From a virus: 64,000 nt of DNA. The translations under genes and the position numbers were made by a program. The stretch is taken from the IMG/VR virus record IMGVR_UViG_3300045120_000462. One strand, written 5' to 3'. The notes below the pieces were generated by a model. That model saw nothing but the letters and a program-made list of their open reading frames with translations. It did no database searches and was not told where the DNA came from. Below, piece by piece: positions 57,975-64,000 of this stretch (positions within the stretch are counted from its first letter, which is position 1; every line of letters starts with the position of its first letter).

Positions 57975-59510
57975 ATGGCCAAGAAGTTCCTCACCCCCAT
58001 CGACTTGGTTCAGAACGAGCTGCAGAACGCTCGGGTGCAGAACCTCGCCGCTGCTCCTGGTGCGCCGACGCCCGTCAAGGGTCAGATGTACTTCAACACC
58101 AGCGACAACACGATGTACTGGTACGACGGTTCATCGTGGGTGGCTGCCAAGGCGCCGGCCACGTCGGGCATCGACCAGACCTTCGCCGACGGTCGCTACG
58201 TGCAGCTCAGCGGTGCCACCCCGATGACGGGACTGCTGACTCTCTCGGCCGACCCGTCGTCCGCTCTCCACGCAGCTACCAAGCAGTACGTCGACAACCT
58301 GTCGGCTGGGCTGTCGTGGAAGACCTCAGTGCGTGTGGCGACCACGGTCAACGGCACGATCGGTACGGCGTTCGCCAACGGTCAGGTGGTCGACGGCGTC
58401 ACGCTCGTCACCGGCAACCGCATCCTGTTGAAGAACCAGACGACGGCGTCTGAGAACGGCATCTACACCGTCAACGCATCGAGCACCCCGACCCGGGCCA
58501 CCGACTCCGACACCGGTACCGAACTGGTGGGTGCTGCTGTCCTCGCTACGGAAGGCACGACGCAGGCTGACACGGCGTGGGTCAACAGCACCAACGCTCC
58601 GATCACCATCGGCTCGACGTCAACGGTGTGGGTGCAGTTCGGCGCCGGCCAGACCTACATCGGCGGCGCCGGCTTGTTGCTGACCGCCAACACGTTCGAC
58701 GTCGGTGCCGGCCCCGGCATCACCGTCAACGCCGACACGATCCAGATCACCAACGCTGGCGTCACCAACGCCATGTTGGCGACGATGCCCACGGTCACGA
58801 TCAAGGGCAACGTCACGGGTGGTACTGCGGCGCCGGTCGACCTCACCGCCGCCCAGGTGAAGTCGATGCTGGCGATCACCAACGCCGACATCACCGGCCT
58901 CGGCACGCTCGCTACCAAGAGCACGATCGCATCGGCCGACATCACCGATGGCGCCGTTGCCAACGTCGACTTGGCGACGATGGTGGCACACACCTTCAAG
59001 GGCAACAACACCGCCGCCACGGCAGCTCCACTCGATCTCACGATCGCACAGATGCAGGCCGAGCTGGTGGTCCCAGCCTTGCCGGTGACGGTGGCCAACG
59101 GTGGCTCGGGGCGCGCCTCGGGCGTTACTGCGTACGGACTGCTCGCTGTGGGGACCACGCCGACCGGTGCCGAGCAGACGGTCAACCCTGCTGCCTCTGG
59201 TTGGTTGAAGACGACGAGCACCTCGGCACTGCCGGCGTGGACGGCGATCACTACCGCTGACGTCACCGGTCTCGATACCGCACTGCTGGCGCGGCCGTCA
59301 AAGTACGCCAGCGCTACCGTGGGTGGCGCCACCTCCCAGGTGATCACGCACAGCCTCAACACCAAGGACGTGATCGTGAACGTGTACCGCACGGCCACGC
59401 CGTGGGACACCATCGAGTGCGACATCGAGCGCACCTCGACGACCACCCTCACGTTGCGCTTCGCCGTCGCCCCGGCGACCAACGAGTACACCGTGGTGGT
59501 TGTTGGGTGA
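57975..59510 (+). CDS. tail fibre protein
   Basis: AGGAG SD; TPMTGLLTLSADPSSALHAATKQYVDN; a central ~130-aa block is paralogous to the 52934 product. Confidence 0.75.
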   Translation: MAKKFLTPIDLVQNELQNARVQNLAAAPGAPTPVKGQMYFNTSDNTMYWYDGSSWVAAKAPATSGIDQTFADGRYVQLSGATPMTGLLTLSADPSSALHAATKQYVDNLSAGLSWKTSVRVATTVNGTIGTAFANGQVVDGVTLVTGNRILLKNQTTASENGIYTVNASSTPTRATDSDTGTELVGAAVLATEGTTQADTAWVNSTNAPITIGSTSTVWVQFGAGQTYIGGAGLLLTANTFDVGAGPGITVNADTIQITNAGVTNAMLATMPTVTIKGNVTGGTAAPVDLTAAQVKSMLAITNADITGLGTLATKSTIASADITDGAVANVDLATMVAHTFKGNNTAATAAPLDLTIAQMQAELVVPALPVTVANGGSGRASGVTAYGLLAVGTTPTGAEQTVNPAASGWLKTTSTSALPAWTAITTADVTGLDTALLARPSKYASATVGGATSQVITHSLNTKDVIVNVYRTATPWDTIECDIERTSTTTLTLRFAVAPATNEYTVVVVG

Positions 59511-60916
59511 GCATCAAGTCCCTCACTCCGATCGCCCTCCCGGCCGACCCGACCAACGCTCTAGAGGCTGCCACCAAGCAGTACACCGACCTGCGCGTCG
59601 CCAAGGTGGGCGATGCGATGACCGGCCCGCTGACGATGAGGGGCGACTCGTCGTCGACAGCGCCGATCATCATGACCTCGGCCGACGGCTTGACCGAGCA
59701 CGGGCGCATCGCCTTCTACACGGGTGGCATCTCGGTGCGGGAGAACGCCGGCAAGCAGTTCGAGGTGATGGTCAACGGCGGGCAGAAGTTCATCGTTCAG
59801 GAGACCCTCACCACCCTCGCCAACCTCATGAACTTCCAGGCCGGTGCTCAGATTTCGGGAGCCTTCGACCTCACGCTGTCCCGTGACCCGTCGAGCAACC
59901 TTCAAGCGGCAACGAAGCAGTACGTCGACAACAAGACGTTCACTCCTGCTGCTGGCTCCGTCACCTTGGCGATGATGGCGAACCTCACCCAGGACCAGTT
60001 CATCGGTCGGGTCACTGCCTCGACCGGTGTGCCCGAGACCGCCACCATCACAGCGGCAGCGCGCACCGTGCTCGATGACACGACCACCGCCGCCATGTTG
60101 ACGACGCTCGGTGCTCAGCCGGTCGACTCGGACCTCACCACCATCGCCGCACTCACCGCCACCACTGGCAACATGATCTTGTCAGCCGGTTCGGCGTGGA
60201 CCTCGGCCAACCCTGCCACCGTGAAGACGGCGCTCGGTCTGACCATTGGCACCAACGTGCAGGCATGGGACGCCGACCTCGACACCCTTGCTGGCCTCAC
60301 CGCCACCACCAACAACGTGATCCAGTCGGTTGGTTCAGCGTGGGCGTCGCGCACTCCCACTCAGCTCACCGCCACGCTCGACACGTTCACGGCGACGCTC
60401 AAAGGGCTTGTCCCGCCACCGACGACGGCGACCGGCAAGTTCTTGAAAGACGATGCCACGTGGGCTGTGGCCGGCGGTGCTACCGACGTGATGTGGGTCG
60501 GCACGAGCGCCCCCTCCGATTCGACGATCGAGGTCTGGTACGACACCGATGAGGTCGCCGGCATCTCGTTGGACAAGGCGACTGGTGACGCCAGCTACTT
60601 CCCCATCCGAGCCACGATCTCGGCGTCAGCGGCCACGAGCTACACCCTGGTTGCCACCGACGAGAACAAGCTGCTCACGTTCTCTGCTTCGACCGCCATC
60701 ACCATCACCGTGCCACCCAACTCGTCGGTGGCGTACTCGCTCGGTGCGCGCATCGACATCGCTCAGGTTGGCACTGGCCAGATCACCATCGCCCCAGGAG
60801 CCGGCGTCACGATCATCCGTTCACCGTCGTTGCTGTTCCGTACGCAAGGCTCGGCTGCCTCGCTCATCAAGGTGGCCGCCACCGATACCTGGCTCCTGAC
60901 GGGTGACCTTGCCTGA
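59507..60916 (+). CDS. tail fibre protein
   Basis: GTG 59507 overlaps stop (GTGA); two AATKQY(T/V)D modules; C-terminal domain paralogous to the 61912 product. Confidence 0.7.
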   Translation: MSIKSLTPIALPADPTNALEAATKQYTDLRVAKVGDAMTGPLTMRGDSSSTAPIIMTSADGLTEHGRIAFYTGGISVRENAGKQFEVMVNGGQKFIVQETLTTLANLMNFQAGAQISGAFDLTLSRDPSSNLQAATKQYVDNKTFTPAAGSVTLAMMANLTQDQFIGRVTASTGVPETATITAAARTVLDDTTTAAMLTTLGAQPVDSDLTTIAALTATTGNMILSAGSAWTSANPATVKTALGLTIGTNVQAWDADLDTLAGLTATTNNVIQSVGSAWASRTPTQLTATLDTFTATLKGLVPPPTTATGKFLKDDATWAVAGGATDVMWVGTSAPSDSTIEVWYDTDEVAGISLDKATGDASYFPIRATISASAATSYTLVATDENKLLTFSASTAITITVPPNSSVAYSLGARIDIAQVGTGQITIAPGAGVTIIRSPSLLFRTQGSAASLIKVAATDTWLLTGDLA

Positions 60917-61629
60917 TGCCAGGACCACTGCCCCTCGGGTGTATTGCCGCTTCGCACATCTTCGCTCCGCCGCTCGGGTACATCGACGTCCCTGTCACGT
61001 CGTCCAACAACCTGATGTCGACGCCCAACGACACCCCGACGATCGACGACCTCACCCTCACCGCTCGGGTGACGCTGAACGCCGTGCCAGGTTCAGGCAG
61101 CCGCACGATCTGTGAACGCTGGGTCACGCAGTCGATAGGACTCAACCGCTTCATCTGGCGCTTCGACGCCACCGCCAAGCCCAACCTCATCTACGGGTCC
61201 GCTGCTGCCACGCTCACCCGAGCGTCGACCGTGGCCTGGCCGTTCCCCGCTAATCAGTGGGGCTGGTTGAAGACGTTCCTCGATGTCGACAACGGTGCCA
61301 GCCAGAACGTCTGCTACTTCTGGACGAGCGGCGACGGGGTCTCCTGGTCACTGCTCGACACCGTCACCACCGCCGGAGTGACACCCATTGACACAGGTAC
61401 CGCTGGGTACCTCGCTATCGGGGGGCGCACCGGCTCGACGTTGGGCCTCACCGGCAAGATCAGCGACTTGAAGATCGAGAACGCCACGTCCACCTTGTTC
61501 GAGATGCACACCGATGCCAACCTCTCTGGTGTGGCGGTGGGAGCGGCCAGCATCACCGTCACCTCGGGCCAGACGATGACTGTGCAACGCTCTGGATCAC
61601 CGGCTCTCGTTCTGGTCCCATCACCATGA
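60916..61629 (+). CDS. LamG/concanavalin-A-like lectin-fold protein
   Basis: ORF 60916..61629; LTLTARVTL..RTICERW...FIWRF...GWLKTFLDVDNG...CYFWTSGDGVSW pattern. Confidence 0.55.
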   Translation: MPGPLPLGCIAASHIFAPPLGYIDVPVTSSNNLMSTPNDTPTIDDLTLTARVTLNAVPGSGSRTICERWVTQSIGLNRFIWRFDATAKPNLIYGSAAATLTRASTVAWPFPANQWGWLKTFLDVDNGASQNVCYFWTSGDGVSWSLLDTVTTAGVTPIDTGTAGYLAIGGRTGSTLGLTGKISDLKIENATSTLFEMHTDANLSGVAVGAASITVTSGQTMTVQRSGSPALVLVPSP

Positions 61630-61639
61630 AAGGTCCACC

Positions 61640-61909
61640 ATGAGCTATTCATCACAAGCGATGTTGAGCACCGACGCCGACTTCATTGTGCGTATCGCAG
61701 CCGCCGCCGCTGTCGAGGTGCCCAAGACTCACCAGCCTCGGCAGTGGGCCGATGATCACATCTGGTGGATCTCTGCCTCGCCAGGCTTCGCCGACTCCTA
61801 CGAGTACGCCCTCAACACCAACGTCGAGCGTCCCGGTAACGATCCTGCCGTGATCACCGATGGCCAGATCCTGGCGGCAGTGCAGGCACTGGTCTCCACA
61901 GGGGCGTAA
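61640..61909 (+). CDS. hypothetical protein
   Basis: ORF 61640..61909; AAAGG SD. Confidence 0.6.
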   Translation: MSYSSQAMLSTDADFIVRIAAAAAVEVPKTHQPRQWADDHIWWISASPGFADSYEYALNTNVERPGNDPAVITDGQILAAVQALVSTGA

Positions 61910-61911
61910 CC

Positions 61912-62976
61912 GTGGCCGGCGCTCTCAAAGTTCGCACGGCCGTCGGCCCGGACGTCTGGACGACCATCGGCGGATCCGTGCCTGTGGTCGAGCTGACCCA
62001 GGCTGCGTATGACGCTCTCGGGACCAAGGATCCGGGCACCTTCTACGTCATCGTTGATGGCGCTGATCGCACGCTGCTCACCGGTACGACGGCGCCGGCT
62101 GCAGGCACCGGCATCGACGGCGACTTCTACATCAACACCACGACGTGGATGATCTACGGGCCGAAGGCGGCAGGAGCGTGGCCGACCGGTGTGGTGCTCG
62201 CCGCCAGCACCAGTAGCAGCGGAGCGTTCTTCAAGTTCGACTGGTCATCGACCACCACGGCGCCGCCGGCCACGAGCGGGGTGCGCTACAACAATGCCGC
62301 TGCCGCCTCGGTGACAAACATCTACCTGAGCTACACGGCCAAAGACAGCACCGACATCAAGACCCGCCTGCTGCAGGGCACAGCCGGCGACCGTCTGTAC
62401 ATCCAGGCTCGGACCAACTCAGCGAAGTACGCCATCTATTACCTCTCGGGCGTGCCGACCGACAACGGCACCTACGCCACCATCCCGGTGACGTACTCGA
62501 TCGCCGGGACGGCGATGGCTGATGCCGACGAGGTCATGGTCGGGTTCATCGAGGCGCCGTCCTCGGAGACGTACGCCGGCATCGTCGAGCTGGCCACGGC
62601 AGCCGAGACGCTGACCGGCACCGACAATGTTCGTGCTGTCCACCCGGCCGGGGCGTTCGCCACCTTCGCTCCCAAGACCCTCGTCATCAACGCCCAAGTC
62701 GGCACGACGTACACGCCTGTGCTCGCTGATGCGGGCAAGCTGATCACGCTCAACAACGCCAGTGCGATCACCTTCACTCTGCCGCTCAATGCGTCAGTTG
62801 CCTATCCCATCGGCACGCAGCTCAACCTCATGCAGATCGGCGCTGGTGCTGTCACCGTTGCCAGCGGTGGTACCACTCTTGGCGGCACGCCCTCGCTCAT
62901 CTTCCGGGCGCAGTACTCGATGGTGACGTTGTTCAAGATCAACACAGACTTTTGGGTCTGCGTCGGAGACACCTGA
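61912..62976 (+). CDS. minor tail/fibre protein
   Basis: ORF 61912..62976, GTG start; C-terminal ~90 aa paralogous to the 59507 product. Confidence 0.65.
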   Translation: MAGALKVRTAVGPDVWTTIGGSVPVVELTQAAYDALGTKDPGTFYVIVDGADRTLLTGTTAPAAGTGIDGDFYINTTTWMIYGPKAAGAWPTGVVLAASTSSSGAFFKFDWSSTTTAPPATSGVRYNNAAAASVTNIYLSYTAKDSTDIKTRLLQGTAGDRLYIQARTNSAKYAIYYLSGVPTDNGTYATIPVTYSIAGTAMADADEVMVGFIEAPSSETYAGIVELATAAETLTGTDNVRAVHPAGAFATFAPKTLVINAQVGTTYTPVLADAGKLITLNNASAITFTLPLNASVAYPIGTQLNLMQIGAGAVTVASGGTTLGGTPSLIFRAQYSMVTLFKINTDFWVCVGDT

Positions 62977-63851
62977 TGCCGTTCGGTGGAGTCGTCGCCC
63001 AGCAGTACGTGCCGAACAAGATGATCGGCGGTTCGTTCGCCCAGTCGGGCGGCTTCAACATCCACATCTTCGGTAGCAGCGGCTCGCTCACCAAGCTCCG
63101 CACTGGTGCTCTCTCATGTGACATTCTCGCCGTTGGTAGTGGTGGCGGCGGTGGCAAGGGACCATCGGCGGGTGCTGGCGGTGGCGGTGGTGCTGGCGAA
63201 CTGGTGACGGGTGCTGCTACCTCGGTCACTTCATCGTTGACGATCACGGTCGCAACTGGTGGTGCGGGAGCGACGGTGGCCTCGACCAACGGCACGGCCG
63301 GTGGGCAGTCTGGTGCTGTCGGCAACCTCGTAGCGGTGCAAGCTGATGGCGGTGGCGGTGGCGGTGGTGGCACCGTTGTCAACCAGACACTCGGTGGTGG
63401 TGGCGGTGGTGGGGTGGCTGGTATCACCGCAGTGACCGCCCCTGGTGGTACGGCGACCGCCCCAGGCAAAGCGGGCGGAACGGGTAATGGCTCGACCACG
63501 GCCTCGCAGCGCAACGCTGGGGGCGGCGGCGGTCAAGGTGCAGTCGGCACTGCTGGTGGGACGACGACAGCCGGTGGTGGCGGTACTGGTGTGTCCAACA
63601 GCTACTCCGGTGCTGCGGTCACCTACGGCGGTGGTGGTGCTGGTGGAGCCAGCGTGGCCGGTGGTGCGCTCGGTGGTTCGGGTGGTGGTGGCGCAGGCGG
63701 CAACACCGGCACCACGGCTGGTGGAGCTGGTGGCAACAACACAGGTGGTGGTGGTGGCGGGTCGACAGCAGCGGGCAACGCCGGCCTCGGCGGCTCGGGC
63801 ATCGTCATCGTTCGCTACACCACGCCAGTCAAGAAGGGCACGCCGGGCTGA
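62976..63851 (+). CDS. glycine-rich minor tail protein
   Basis: ATG 62976 overlaps TGA by 1 nt; frame of ORF 62952..63851; long GGGGG/GAGG tracts ending in GGSGIVIVRY. Confidence 0.7.
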   Translation: MPFGGVVAQQYVPNKMIGGSFAQSGGFNIHIFGSSGSLTKLRTGALSCDILAVGSGGGGGKGPSAGAGGGGGAGELVTGAATSVTSSLTITVATGGAGATVASTNGTAGGQSGAVGNLVAVQADGGGGGGGGTVVNQTLGGGGGGGVAGITAVTAPGGTATAPGKAGGTGNGSTTASQRNAGGGGGQGAVGTAGGTTTAGGGGTGVSNSYSGAAVTYGGGGAGGASVAGGALGGSGGGGAGGNTGTTAGGAGGNNTGGGGGGSTAAGNAGLGGSGIVIVRYTTPVKKGTPG

Positions 63852-63853
63852 CG

Positions 63854-64000
63854 ATGGCGCTTATCAAGCCGACCTCGCGCATCTACCACGGCACCAACCC
63901 GGTAGGTGCGACCTACAAGGGCACGCACAAGGTGTGGGAGCCGTTCTCCCCTCTGTCGATCCCGTGGGCCGTCGCACATTGGGCGGGAGACCCCGCCTGG
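63854..64000 (+). CDS. hypothetical protein (5' partial, runs off the window)
   Basis: ATG 63854; MALIKPTSRIYHGTNPVGATYKG...; open to the window end. Confidence 0.5.
   Translation, partial: MALIKPTSRIYHGTNPVGATYKGTHKVWEPFSPLSIPWAVAHWAGDPAW

Noticed and set aside
1-64000. Integrase, excisionase/attP pair, tRNA genes, CRISPR arrays, transposases, reverse transcriptase (DGR), prohead protease, canonical small terminase
   Set aside because: I looked for characteristic motifs in all called products and intergenic regions and recognised none. Absence by eye is not proof, and a profile search could still find diverged members.

Overview
High-GC (roughly two-thirds G+C by eye) segment of a contractile-tailed actinobacteriophage-type genome, either a free phage or the interior of a prophage. 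I found no integrase, tRNA, rRNA, CRISPR array or transposase. Layout: (i) 1-4282, a rightward run of about 15 small, translationally coupled genes of unknown function. (ii) 4283-5376, a ~1.1 kb non-coding stretch that looks more A/T-rich, packed with stem-loops and two families of short repeats. (iii) A lone rightward Zn-finger gene (5386-5688), followed by a bidirectional terminator cluster. (iv) A leftward operon of 16 tightly coupled small genes (5813-10125). (v) A divergent promoter region, then a rightward stand-alone Spo11/TopoVI-A-like (CAP+Toprim) gene. (vi) A leftward secreted Thr/Ser-rich 'moron' (11643-13355). (vii) A long rightward late region. It holds an HTH/AKKA-tail protein, a KTSC protein and the large terminase (15412-16998). 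Next comes an unusual ~9.8 kb island of about 25 unknown genes, then portal (26854-28554), scaffold and major capsid. After several head/neck genes come sheath, tube, chaperone and a 1362-aa tape measure with two murein-hydrolase domains. The tail end carries FNP-motif tube-like, LysM/gpX-like and gpD-like hub proteins and a 1952-aa spike-fibre protein. The window ends in a modular fibre cassette, interrupted by an endolysin/holin cassette. The signals most worth follow-up are these: the repeat/hairpin hub at 4283-5376; a recurrent TAnnnT-N6/7-start-codon architecture suggesting many leaderless transcription units; a family of Arr-like (ADP-ribosyltransferase-fold) small proteins around the head genes; the Mini-A-like TopoVI-A homologue; and the atypical baseplate region with no recognisable wedge genes. 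All functional calls rest on motif recognition by eye. No database search was run.
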